Below are positions 9,902 through 18,963 of a DNA stretch of 64,000 nucleotides, piece after piece. The stretch covers positions 79,350 to 143,349 of the forward strand of contig JBNKBE010000003.1 of the NCBI GenBank assembly GCA_050287085.1. The letters are read 5' to 3'. The position numbers were made by a program, and so were the translations under genes. This stretch comes from Polyangiaceae bacterium. Its GTDB lineage: Bacteria > Myxococcota_A > Polyangia > Polyangiales > Polyangiaceae. The notes below the pieces were generated by a model, which searched no databases, was not told the origin of the DNA, and was given only the letters and a program-made list of their open reading frames with translations. The number at the start of each line of letters is the position of its first letter. Position 1 is the stretch's first letter.

Positions 9902-10141
9902 ATGTCAGAAGGCACCCACGACCTAGCCAGTGAACTCCCCGAGTACAAGGATCGCATTCGCGAGCTGCGCATGCAGAACCTGCACTTCTCCAGACTAGTC
10001 AGCGAATACCACGAGCTCGCAAAGGAACTCCACCAGATCCAGGCGGCAATCGAGACTCCCTCCGACGACTACACAGAGGGGCTCAAGAAGCGACGCCTTG
10101 CTACAATGGACGAAATCATGACGATGCTGCGCTCCAACTAG
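9902..10141 (+). CDS. YdcH/DUF465 family small helical protein
   Basis: HDLASELPEYKDRIRELR...HFSRLVSEYHEL...LKKRRL pattern, 79 aa. Confidence 0.8.
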   Translation: MSEGTHDLASELPEYKDRIRELRMQNLHFSRLVSEYHELAKELHQIQAAIETPSDDYTEGLKKRRLATMDEIMTMLRSN

Positions 10142-10168
10142 CGACACTCAGCCCAAGGCCCGGGAGCG

Positions 10169-10723
10169 TCAACAAGGCACGCTGCTGCCAATGGCTACCA
10201 GGCACCGCTCGACACAAAGCTCCAACGGCTCAGCCGCGTCGAGCACGATCGCGGAACTCGGCTCTTGCAGGGTCTCGAACTGGCTCGCCACGAGAGACGA
10301 AGGCATGTAGTGCCCGGCACGTGCCGATACTCGCTGCGTGGCGAGAGCGGGTTCGATGCGAAGAAAGATCACGCGACGAGCTTGGTCGTCCACCCCCAGC
10401 GCGTCGCGATAGTGCGCCCGCAACGCGGAGCAAGCCAACACTACAGATTGTCCCAGCTCACGCTGGTGGTCGAGCTCTCGGCGCAACGCCCCTAACCAGC
10501 CGGCGCGGTCGCGGTCGTCTAGGGCCACCCCACGCCGCATCTTGTCGACATTCACCTGCGGGTGGAATGCGTCAGCGTCGAGAAAGAGCCACTGAAGGCG
10601 AGCGGCCAGCGCGCGCCCGACGGTGGTCTTGCCCGCGCCGCTCACCCCCATAACGATGAGGGCTTGCGGCTCCGTCACCGGGGCCACACCTCCCGTAGCG
10701 CTTCGCCCCTCGTCAGTTGTCAT
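10169..10723 (-). CDS. gntK: Gluconokinase (GntK/IdnK)
   Basis: MGVSGAGKTT, DADAFHP..NVDKM..G..L.D.DR..WL, ACSALR, HYMPSSLVASQFETL; overlaps end of gnd. Confidence 0.93.
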   Translation of the reverse strand: MTTDEGRSATGGVAPVTEPQALIVMGVSGAGKTTVGRALAARLQWLFLDADAFHPQVNVDKMRRGVALDDRDRAGWLGALRRELDHQRELGQSVVLACSALRAHYRDALGVDDQARRVIFLRIEPALATQRVSARAGHYMPSSLVASQFETLQEPSSAIVLDAAEPLELCVERCLVAIGSSVPC

Positions 10724-12134
10724 CTGCAAACCAATCGGTGTGCTGCGGCGTCCGCGTGGGATCGTCCGAACGCTTGTATGTGTGGGCCCCAAAAGCGTCG
10801 CGTTGCGCTTGAATCAGACTCTGGGGCAACGCTGGACAGACGAGCGAGTCAAGATGGGCCAACGTTGCTGAGAACGCGGGAGCCGGGACCCCCGCTTGAA
10901 CGGCCTGGCCCACGATCCGTCGCAGCGCAGGTAGTCCCTTGGTGACCACCTCCGCCCCAGCTCCATGCGCGAGCAGCGATTCACTCGTTCCTGGCTCCAA
11001 CGCATTGCGAAGCTCCTCCAGCATGCTCGAGCGAATGATACAGCCGGCGGTCCAGCAACGCACCACCTCGCGCAAGTCTGTCCCCCATTGGTGGTGGGTC
11101 GAGGCACGCTCCAGCAGGTTTAGCCCCTGGACAAAGACGCACCATCGGGCGAGCAAGAGCGCGGCCTCGAGGTCCGCCAGTTCAACGCACTGTCGGAGTG
11201 CCGGAGTCGTACCGGCCCAAGGAGAACACCGAAGCGCTGCGCGCCGGTCAGTGGCCGCTGATACCATACGCGCCTCGACCGCAGCCGCCAAAGTCGGTAC
11301 GCTCACGCCCAGGTCGAGGGCCGCCTGCACCGTCCACAGGCCGGTCCCCTTCTGCGCCGCCTCATCGACGACCAGCGGCAGCAGGAAGCCCCCCGTGCAC
11401 TTGTCGCGGCGCCGAAGCACTGCGCAGGTCACGTCGAGCAAGAAGGATTCGAGTGGACCTCGTTGCAGCGCGGAAAATCGCTCGGCGATGGCGCTCTGCT
11501 CCAGCCCAGCGCCGTCTCGCAACAGTTGATACCCCTCCGCCAGCAATTGCATCTCGCCATACTCGATGCCGTTGTGCACCATCTTCACGAAGTGCCCAGC
11601 CCCCGCGCTGCCCATGTAGCCAACGCATGGCCCAAACCGCGACCGAGCCGCAATCCCTCGAAGCCAAGGCAGGCAATGCTCGTAGGCCTCCCGACTGCCA
11701 CCGGGCATTAGGGCAGGTCCCCTGCGCGCGCCCTCTTCTCCCCCCGAAACGCCCATACCGAGCCATCTGATACCGCGCTCGTGAAGCGCCTCACGCCGTC
11801 GCTCGGTGTCAGCAAAGTGCGAGTTTCCGCCATCGACAACAATGTCGCCAGCCTCGAGTCCTGAGAGCATAGCCGCAAGCACTTCGTCGACCGCAGAGCC
11901 TGCCCGGACCATGAGCAACACCACCCGAGGGGGGTGCAGCGCCTGCACCAGAGCGCTCAACTCATCGTGGGCCGTGAAGTCGCGGCCAGGGAACTTCGCA
12001 GTGAAACCGGGAGCCACGCCCGGCTCGAGATTCCAAAGCTGCAGGCCGACCCCATGCTCTTCCAGATTGAGCGCCAGGTTCTGCCCCATCACGCCGAGAC
12101 CAACGAGGCCCAGCTGTATGCGACGCGTGTCCAT
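10713..12134 (-). CDS. gndA: NADP-dependent 6-phosphogluconate dehydrogenase
   Basis: GLGVMGQNLALN, VDGGNS, GVSGGEEGA, GHFVKMVHNGIEY, QKGTG, QAQRDAFGAHTY. Confidence 0.96.
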   Translation of the reverse strand: MDTRRIQLGLVGLGVMGQNLALNLEEHGVGLQLWNLEPGVAPGFTAKFPGRDFTAHDELSALVQALHPPRVVLLMVRAGSAVDEVLAAMLSGLEAGDIVVDGGNSHFADTERRREALHERGIRWLGMGVSGGEEGARRGPALMPGGSREAYEHCLPWLRGIAARSRFGPCVGYMGSAGAGHFVKMVHNGIEYGEMQLLAEGYQLLRDGAGLEQSAIAERFSALQRGPLESFLLDVTCAVLRRRDKCTGGFLLPLVVDEAAQKGTGLWTVQAALDLGVSVPTLAAAVEARMVSAATDRRAALRCSPWAGTTPALRQCVELADLEAALLLARWCVFVQGLNLLERASTHHQWGTDLREVVRCWTAGCIIRSSMLEELRNALEPGTSESLLAHGAGAEVVTKGLPALRRIVGQAVQAGVPAPAFSATLAHLDSLVCPALPQSLIQAQRDAFGAHTYKRSDDPTRTPQHTDWFADDN

Positions 12135-12240
12135 ACCGCCTCATACCGAGTCTTGGGGCCCCAGGCCACCACGACTCTCGCGGAAGCGTCATGGCAGAAA
12201 CAAATGGGAAACCCATGGCATGGCCTAGTTCGGCGCCGGG

Positions 12241-12777
12241 ATGAAGGTGAATCGGCAGGCCATTGAGCGAATGCAGGAGCGGCTTCTGGAATGCGGAAGC
12301 GTCTCCACCTACCCCCGCGCCTTTGACGACAGCGACAGCGTCAGAGCCGCGGCGTATCATCGGGCCAGACCCATCGTGGAAGCCATGTTCCTGATCGCCT
12401 CCGCTGGATCGTCCCTGGACGATCGCGCTATACGCGCACTTCGCGGTGCGCTGAGGACGCTCACCGAAGGAGAACTTGGCACCACGGCTACGGACGTGCT
12501 GCTTTCCGACGCCGCGATTAACCTAGAGCAAGACGGACTGGACGCCCGATTGGATCGAGTGGCTGGCTTTCTGTGCTCAAACCGCAGCGACCTCGAGCTG
12601 ACGTTGACGCTCGCACTGGCCGCGGCATTGGCCACGCGGGAAAAATTGAGCGACGCACAGGCGAACACGTTCGTAGGACTTGCCACGCGCGTTGGCTACC
12701 GCAGACGCCAAGCCGAGGAACTCCTGGACGTAGCGCACGGATCGGATATCAGCAGGCCAAAACAAGACGAGACCTGA
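12241..12777 (+). CDS. TerB-like helical protein
   Basis: VEAMFLIASAG...LRGALRTL and terminal LATRVG pattern resembling TerB-family proteins; acidic motif appears degenerate. Confidence 0.5.
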   Translation: MKVNRQAIERMQERLLECGSVSTYPRAFDDSDSVRAAAYHRARPIVEAMFLIASAGSSLDDRAIRALRGALRTLTEGELGTTATDVLLSDAAINLEQDGLDARLDRVAGFLCSNRSDLELTLTLALAAALATREKLSDAQANTFVGLATRVGYRRRQAEELLDVAHGSDISRPKQDET

Positions 12778-12784
12778 GGCGGCC

Positions 12785-13651
12785 CTAAAGCCAACGCTCC
12801 TCGGCATGCACGTGGCCGCCGCTGAGGGTGAACGCAATATGGTGTCTCAGCTTCACGCCGGACGCCACGCGATGACGCGGAACGCAAGCGGCATTGACGT
12901 ACAGCGTGTCATTGTCCCGCAGCTGCCACCGACGCTGCTCACGCTGCCCATAGCGATAGTGCATGTGACCGGCGATCACGGCTAAAACGCGGTGTCCCCG
13001 CTGCTTGGCGTAGACCACCGTATCGGCGATATCCGGATCCCCATAGTCGCCCCCCGCAGGGGCAAAGTCGCGTCCGAAAATATCGTGGGCCCGCTCCCCC
13101 AAACCAACCGGTCCGTTATGACCGAGAAAGATCAAGTCTCGGGTGGTGGCAGTGTCAACGAGCTGGCGGAGGCGCGCAACGGACGCCTCTAGGGAGCTGA
13201 TTCCGAATTCAGAGGTGAGCTGCGCGGAAAATGAACACTCTCCCCCTCCCATCGCGAAGGGCCGCGTGGCGATGAGTGTGAAGGGATTCTCTTGATTCCC
13301 ACATGCGTGTTGACTGTAGCCAACCAACACAGCGCCAACACCGTCGGCGGGGGGCCCCGACACCCCCGAGAGCAAGACCTGCTTGCCGCGCTGAAACGCT
13401 AACTCCGCCAGTAGCCGCTCGTGGTCCGCGGCGTCGTTGTTGCCCAACATGATGAACACGCGCTTGCGAATGGACGCGACGGAGGCCGCAACGCGGACGC
13501 CGTCGCCGCTGCCACTACTGCCAAGATCACCCGTGAGCCAAACGGTCTGGTAGTGGCTAGCGCTGAAATACTCCACGTCTGCCCAATCCCACGCGGAGTG
13601 CAGATCTCCCACAACCGCAAATTCGTACCCGCCTTTGGCGTTCTCGACCAC
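12785..13651 (-). CDS. Calcineurin-like metallophosphoesterase
   Basis: VGDLH, TGDLG, LGNND, GHNGP, AGHMH; GTG 13651 preceded by a GGAG-rich RBS. Confidence 0.85.
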   Translation of the reverse strand: MVENAKGGYEFAVVGDLHSAWDWADVEYFSASHYQTVWLTGDLGSSGSGDGVRVAASVASIRKRVFIMLGNNDAADHERLLAELAFQRGKQVLLSGVSGPPADGVGAVLVGYSQHACGNQENPFTLIATRPFAMGGGECSFSAQLTSEFGISSLEASVARLRQLVDTATTRDLIFLGHNGPVGLGERAHDIFGRDFAPAGGDYGDPDIADTVVYAKQRGHRVLAVIAGHMHYRYGQREQRRWQLRDNDTLYVNAACVPRHRVASGVKLRHHIAFTLSGGHVHAEERWL

Positions 13652-14072
13652 TAGTCGACTCTCCCCCTCCACGACCAACAACACCCACTGCAGCGAGGCG
13701 AATCCCGGCCGCGCCTGACCACACGCCCTCCAGTAGTCCGCCCGCAAGCACGAGCCAGGTGCCGGCCATTCAATGCCACCATCCGGTTCACATTGAACCG
13801 GCCCTGGTGAAACGACAAGTGGATTGGCGCAAGAGACCGCAAGTCGAAGAACCACTGCGCGGGACGCCGCTCGCCCCCCCAGTTCCGGCGGGGCCGAAAC
13901 CGCCCGTCCGACGACAGCTGAAAGCACCGCTCCCGCAGTAGAAGGGGTCCCAACAGGCGCGTGGAGGACCAACGCACTTGCTGTTCGGACGGTCAATTCG
14001 TCAGAATGGCGCCCGTACCTCCACTCTTCTGGACCGTGCCCAAGAGGGTGGCAGCGTCCACACCCGCCTCCC

Positions 14073-15557
14073 ATGCCCGACCTCCGACTGCCCGCTCTAT
14101 TCGTCGCTTCCATCGTAGCCGCTTGCCAGACGGAGCCGTCACCCCCGCCCGGTAGGAGCATGGCGGAACCCGTCGACACTACCCCAGCAAACGAGGCCTC
14201 GGACAGAACAAACACAGCCCCCCTCGCGCCCACCGAGGCGTCCGACTTGGACGAGCATATCGACCTATCGGGGGTGGCGGCGCCCCAAGACGATGCTCCG
14301 GAATGCGCTCGCGACGTCTACCAGGGCGAGCGTGCCGACGTGGCCTTGTATCTCGTCGTCGATGTCTCAGGATCGATGCGAGCTCCTGTCGACAACACGA
14401 CGCCCAGCGGACAGACCGGCGCAACCGTCTGGGATGGAGTCTCGCAGGCACTCATCGACTTCATCAACTCCCCTTCGACAACTGGCTTCAACGTGGCGTT
14501 GAACACATATCCGATCAAGACCGAGGCCAGAATCTGTCACGACGACAACGACTGCGGCTACAGGCTAGGCAACATCACCTACCTTTCGACGTGCATCACG
14601 GAAGTGTGCGAGTCGCGCTTCTACCAGCATGGCGTGCTCAAGGGTTGCGCCCAGGACGCCGACTGCGGAACCGGTCCGTGTGGTACGCCCGGGCATTGCG
14701 AGAACGAGCCAGCACGGATATGCAAGGCAGACTCCCAATGCCAGGACGGAGGGCGGTGCAATCCCGACACGGGTCACGGTACCTGTGCGGTATTCATGGA
14801 ATGTGAACTCGAGCCCTACTCGACTCCGCTATTGCCTCGCAGCCGCCTGCCGGAAGCCGCCCCGCTCGCAACGGAATTGCTGCGAGCAGCGACGCCAGAC
14901 GGACAAGGCGTGACGCCGACACACCTCGCGCTGACCACGGCGTACGACGACGTATTGTCGTGGCGAGCGGAGAATCCAGCAGAGGAGAGCGCAGTCGTGC
15001 TGGTGACCGACGGCGCCCCCGACGGATGCGGCACGACCGTGGTTCTTCCCGATGAAGCGTCGACCGCGCTGGCCCAAACACTCGGTGCGCTGGCGAAGGC
15101 GAGCCAGCTCGGCATTCAGACCTACGTGATCGGGCTAGCGCCAGCCGGCAGTGACACTGTCCAGACCCTTCAGATGATGGCACAAGCCGGGGGCACAGAG
15201 TCCGCGTTCCTGGTCGACCCAAACGCCCAGGCCGCCACGGGACTCGGCGCCAGTCTCACGCAGATCCGGGGACAACTCCCCTGTGAGTTTGAGCTTCCGA
15301 CGCCGCGCGAAGGACACCTCGATCCAACACTCGTCAACCTTGAACTCGTCGGCCCGAACCAGACTGCGGTCATTGGGCGTGTCCCGGATCGCGCTAGCTG
15401 TGAGCTAGCGCGGGGCGGCTGGTACTATCGCCTAACACCTTCTGGAGCCGAAGAAGCAGTCGAGCTTTGCCCCAGCGAGTGTGAACAAGTTCGAGCGGCG
15501 GTCGACTCGCGGGTGGAAATCGTTCTCGGGTGCCCTCAGGTCATCACAATTCAGTAA
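14073..15557 (+). CDS. von Willebrand factor A domain lipoprotein with a Cys-rich insertion
   Basis: Lipobox IVAAC; MIDAS DVSGS, TPT, VTDG; TYVIG; Cys-rich C-terminal domain (GWYY...LCPSEC...IVLGC). Confidence 0.8.
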   Translation: MPDLRLPALFVASIVAACQTEPSPPPGRSMAEPVDTTPANEASDRTNTAPLAPTEASDLDEHIDLSGVAAPQDDAPECARDVYQGERADVALYLVVDVSGSMRAPVDNTTPSGQTGATVWDGVSQALIDFINSPSTTGFNVALNTYPIKTEARICHDDNDCGYRLGNITYLSTCITEVCESRFYQHGVLKGCAQDADCGTGPCGTPGHCENEPARICKADSQCQDGGRCNPDTGHGTCAVFMECELEPYSTPLLPRSRLPEAAPLATELLRAATPDGQGVTPTHLALTTAYDDVLSWRAENPAEESAVVLVTDGAPDGCGTTVVLPDEASTALAQTLGALAKASQLGIQTYVIGLAPAGSDTVQTLQMMAQAGGTESAFLVDPNAQAATGLGASLTQIRGQLPCEFELPTPREGHLDPTLVNLELVGPNQTAVIGRVPDRASCELARGGWYYRLTPSGAEEAVELCPSECEQVRAAVDSRVEIVLGCPQVITIQ

Positions 15558-15630
15558 CGCGTCCACGAAACGTCGATCGTCTCACACCTCCCCGAGACAA
15601 GTCGGGCGTTTCACCTACAATACGTAGCCC

Positions 15631-16362
15631 GTGGGCTCTCCTTCACTCTTTTCACGTGTTGTCATCTCCTGCGAACACGGAGGCAACGACATACCTGCAA
15701 CCTACCTGTCGCTCTTTCGCAGCCGACAGGCCCGCAGCGCGTTGGCAGATCATCGCGGGTGGGATATCGGGGCGGCCCCCCTCGCTGGCCAACTGTCGGA
15801 TAGACTGAACGCTGCGCTATACGTGTGCACTACCTCGCGCTTGTTGATCGACCAGAACCGCTCGCTCCATCATCGCTCGCTGTTTTCGACTTTCTCCAAC
15901 ACGCTTTCGCCCAGCGAAAAGCGGCAGGTCATAGCCGAGATCTACCAACCCCACAGAGCCGCCATCCTGGCGGAGCTCACCAGCGCCGGAAGGACGGGAA
16001 AACCCATCCTCCATTTGGCGGTACACTCCTTCACGCCTCAGCTCCACGGCGAATCCCGCAATGCGGATGTCGGACTCTTGTACGCTCCAACGCGCGTGTT
16101 CGAGCGCGACTTCTGCTTGGGCTTGAAGGACTTCTTGCAGCATCGCTTGCCAGCGCTGCGGGTGCGAAGAAACTACCCCTACCGTGGAACGGCCGATGGT
16201 CTTACAACGGCACTGCGAAAAACGCTCCCCGAACGGCACTACGCCGGCATCGAGCTAGAGCTCAACCAAGCCTGCTTGAAGCGTGTGGCTCCCACGCTAG
16301 TCGACGCGCTCGGTGAGTTCATTGCCACGAGGGTGGCTCCCCGAAGCCCCCACCAACGTTGA
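15631..16362 (+). CDS. N-formylglutamate amidohydrolase family protein
   Basis: SCEHGGN, HRGWDIGA, SRLLIDQNRS, HSFTP, RRNYPY, IELELNQ. Confidence 0.9.
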   Translation: MGSPSLFSRVVISCEHGGNDIPATYLSLFRSRQARSALADHRGWDIGAAPLAGQLSDRLNAALYVCTTSRLLIDQNRSLHHRSLFSTFSNTLSPSEKRQVIAEIYQPHRAAILAELTSAGRTGKPILHLAVHSFTPQLHGESRNADVGLLYAPTRVFERDFCLGLKDFLQHRLPALRVRRNYPYRGTADGLTTALRKTLPERHYAGIELELNQACLKRVAPTLVDALGEFIATRVAPRSPHQR

Positions 16363-16436
16363 ACCTCAGGGCGCAAGAGCACCGCTGAGCGGGGCAAGGC
16401 TGCACCCCCGAAGAGCAAACCCAATGAACGCGCCCT

Positions 16437-18005
16437 TCATTTCGCACGGCCCCTGAGCTCACGAACAGGCGACTCTCCGAGGAGCGGCTCGCCAGCGAGC
16501 GGCTCTCGGATCAGCGCCGCTATGCCGCCCGTATTCCTTGAGGCTTGCATCCTCTGATCGATCCGCCGCACGAACGTCTGAGCTATCGCGTCGTACAATC
16601 GGTCCTTCAGCAAGACGTCTTCAACCCCTGAATCGATGTTCGGATTGTCGTTCACTTCAATGACGACGAAGCGCTTGCCCACCTGCTTGATGTCAACACC
16701 GTATAAACCGTTTCCGATCAGCGCAGTGGCCCTTAACGCCAACCTGAGCGCCGGCTCCGGAACGTCCGCTAGATCGACGGCTTCGTGACGACCGTAGCGG
16801 CGCTCGCTTCCGTCGGAAACCTGAATCTGCCAATGACCTTTGGCCATGTAGTAGCGACACGCAAACAACGCCCGACCATCAAGCACTCCGATGCGCCAAT
16901 CAAAGTCGGAGGGCAGATACTCTTGCGCCACCAGCAAATCCGATGTTGCAAACATCGTTTCCAGACATGACTTCAGCTCCTCCGGGGATGAGGCCTTGAC
17001 GACCCCCTGCGAAAAGGAACTGTCAGGAAGCTTCAAGACCACAGGTAGGCCCAACTCCGCGCAAGCTTGCGTTGCATTCTGCTTGTGAATGACGCGCGAG
17101 CGCGGTGAATCGACACCGTGACGGCCAAAGAGTTCGGCTAGATACACCTTGTTCGCACAGCGAATGATCGATTGCGGGTCATCGATCACGACCAATCCTT
17201 CCGCCTCCGCGCGACTCGCAAAGCGGTACGTATGATGATTGACACGGGTGGTCTCCCTGATGAACAGCGCGTCGAACTCCCCCACGCGGCCATAGTCGGC
17301 GCGCGTGAGCCGGGTCGGGCGCAAGCCGACGCGCCGTGCCGCGCGCTCGAAGCGCCGCAGCGCCGTTTCATCCGAAGGAGCATCAACTGCCGCTGGATCG
17401 ACAAGCAGGGCAATATCGTAGCGATATCGCCGTGGGTTCGTGCGATTGGGCCGGGTGAAGAAGCGTGCCGCTTGCTCGATGACAAACGCCTCGTGGACCT
17501 CCGGAATCTCTCGCCAAGCGATGGCGGCGAGCCGCCGGAGGCGCCATTCACCGACACCATGAGGTGCCATTCGCTCGAACTCAGCCCGTAAGAGCGGAGC
17601 TGGGAAGTGATTAAATAGCGCCTGCGCCAGGCGGTCGTAGCGCGACGCCAAGTTCCGACCGAAATAGATGCTCAGGGAAAATTGCTCAGACTTGAGCGTA
17701 CTGAGACAGCGATCGATCAGGGTCTGCAGCTCCTCGCTCACCAGGCGAACGATTGGAGCCGACCGCAAGTCCTGCATGGTCATCACCGACGGCATGGGTC
17801 GATGACCTCGCGCCATGGCCAGCAACGAAACATAGTAGCCAGTTCGCTGGTAGGAGTAGTTGCGACACAAGTTGAAGACCTTTGCCTGTCGCAGGCGCGC
17901 GTAGCGCTCCTCAGTCAGGTACGCCTTGGGTGTCACAACCTCGAGCCCCGGCAGATCCAGCTTCCAGCTCTTCGGATCCTCGACGATCAATAGTGATGTG
18001 GGCAT
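16437..18005 (-). CDS. RimK-family ATP-grasp ligase with an N-terminal RLAN domain
   Basis: VFNLC..YSY...GYYVSLLA.ARGH; DALFIRETT; NKVYL; LKLPDSSFSQGV; QEYLP..FDWRIG; YGVDIK; IEVNDNP. Confidence 0.9.
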   Translation of the reverse strand: MPTSLLIVEDPKSWKLDLPGLEVVTPKAYLTEERYARLRQAKVFNLCRNYSYQRTGYYVSLLAMARGHRPMPSVMTMQDLRSAPIVRLVSEELQTLIDRCLSTLKSEQFSLSIYFGRNLASRYDRLAQALFNHFPAPLLRAEFERMAPHGVGEWRLRRLAAIAWREIPEVHEAFVIEQAARFFTRPNRTNPRRYRYDIALLVDPAAVDAPSDETALRRFERAARRVGLRPTRLTRADYGRVGEFDALFIRETTRVNHHTYRFASRAEAEGLVVIDDPQSIIRCANKVYLAELFGRHGVDSPRSRVIHKQNATQACAELGLPVVLKLPDSSFSQGVVKASSPEELKSCLETMFATSDLLVAQEYLPSDFDWRIGVLDGRALFACRYYMAKGHWQIQVSDGSERRYGRHEAVDLADVPEPALRLALRATALIGNGLYGVDIKQVGKRFVVIEVNDNPNIDSGVEDVLLKDRLYDAIAQTFVRRIDQRMQASRNTGGIAALIREPLAGEPLLGESPVRELRGRAK

Positions 18006-18007
18006 AG

Positions 18008-18748
18008 CTACTTGCGCGCACGCTTCTTGGTAACCACGAGCAGATTTGCATCGTACGTCACGATGCCTAGGAGAATAGCTGAAATGAGCCGAGGAATCGT
18101 CACGGCGTAGGTGTGCCCGCCAAAGCGAGGATTGTCGCGGAGAGGATCGGAAACGAGCACCGTACGCGCTTCCTTCACGTACCCAGTGAGCACCACGAAA
18201 TGCCCAGCGGGCTCCCCTCGAACGTCGTCGTAATCATCCTGGTACTCACGCGCGCACTCGTAAAGATAGGTCGAACTCAGTCCAGTTAGGATGGGCTCGC
18301 CGCGAGAAAGGTGGTGTCGAATCAAGTCTGAACGGAGCTCTCGCCAGTACAATTGACCGCCCAGCTCGAAGAAGCGAAGAAAGGGGCGTGTTGCTGCTCG
18401 CAGCCTGGCGCCCCCTTTGAACTTTGCCTGGGCGCGCATCTTTTCGGGTAGCACTTCCGGGTGCTCGAACCATGTCGGATCAAATAGATTGAGGTTGTAG
18501 GTATATATTCTCGCGTCATAACCTCGCGCAAGAGCATGACAGGCAAGGCTTACCGCCAGCGTGCCCCCCCCCGACAACGGCTCCACCTCGGCGATCACCT
18601 GCGACAGGGGGACATCGTCCCCGTAGTACTGATACAACGCGTGCAGGCACGTAGGGCCGCACGTGACGTCGTCTGGCTGCGGCTCAATCCTGAAGCCCAA
18701 CGAAGCGCGATTGGGTGAGGCGCGATCGGCGGTGGTGCGATTGGGCAT
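18008..18748 (-). CDS. Peptidase C39-like (papain-fold) protein
   Basis: QPDDVTCGPTC (Gln/Cys), GHFVV (His), VSDP (Asp); stop lies 2 nt before the ATP-grasp start. Confidence 0.85.
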   Translation of the reverse strand: MPNRTTADRASPNRASLGFRIEPQPDDVTCGPTCLHALYQYYGDDVPLSQVIAEVEPLSGGGTLAVSLACHALARGYDARIYTYNLNLFDPTWFEHPEVLPEKMRAQAKFKGGARLRAATRPFLRFFELGGQLYWRELRSDLIRHHLSRGEPILTGLSSTYLYECAREYQDDYDDVRGEPAGHFVVLTGYVKEARTVLVSDPLRDNPRFGGHTYAVTIPRLISAILLGIVTYDANLLVVTKKRARK

Positions 18749-18963
18749 GGCTGCAAGATAGGCCTCTCGGCGACGGTTGCAAACGCCAACCGTCCTTCCC
18801 TGTACTATTGCCACTGCGCCTCTGGCTGGCAGTCTACCGCCTTCGAGCCGCGTCGGTCTGCCGCCCCTGAAAGTGCGACGCCACCGGCAGCAACGCGGGA
18901 ATCAGCCACATCTCGCTTTTTGCCACTTGCCCCTCGCGCCGGTCCCGTGCTGACGTGACTCGG

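Noticed and set aside
13652..14233. Mutually overlapping N-terminal extensions of the phosphoesterase and vWA ORFs
   Set aside because: Better starts exist at 13651 (RBS) and 14073 (lipoprotein signal), which removes the overlap.
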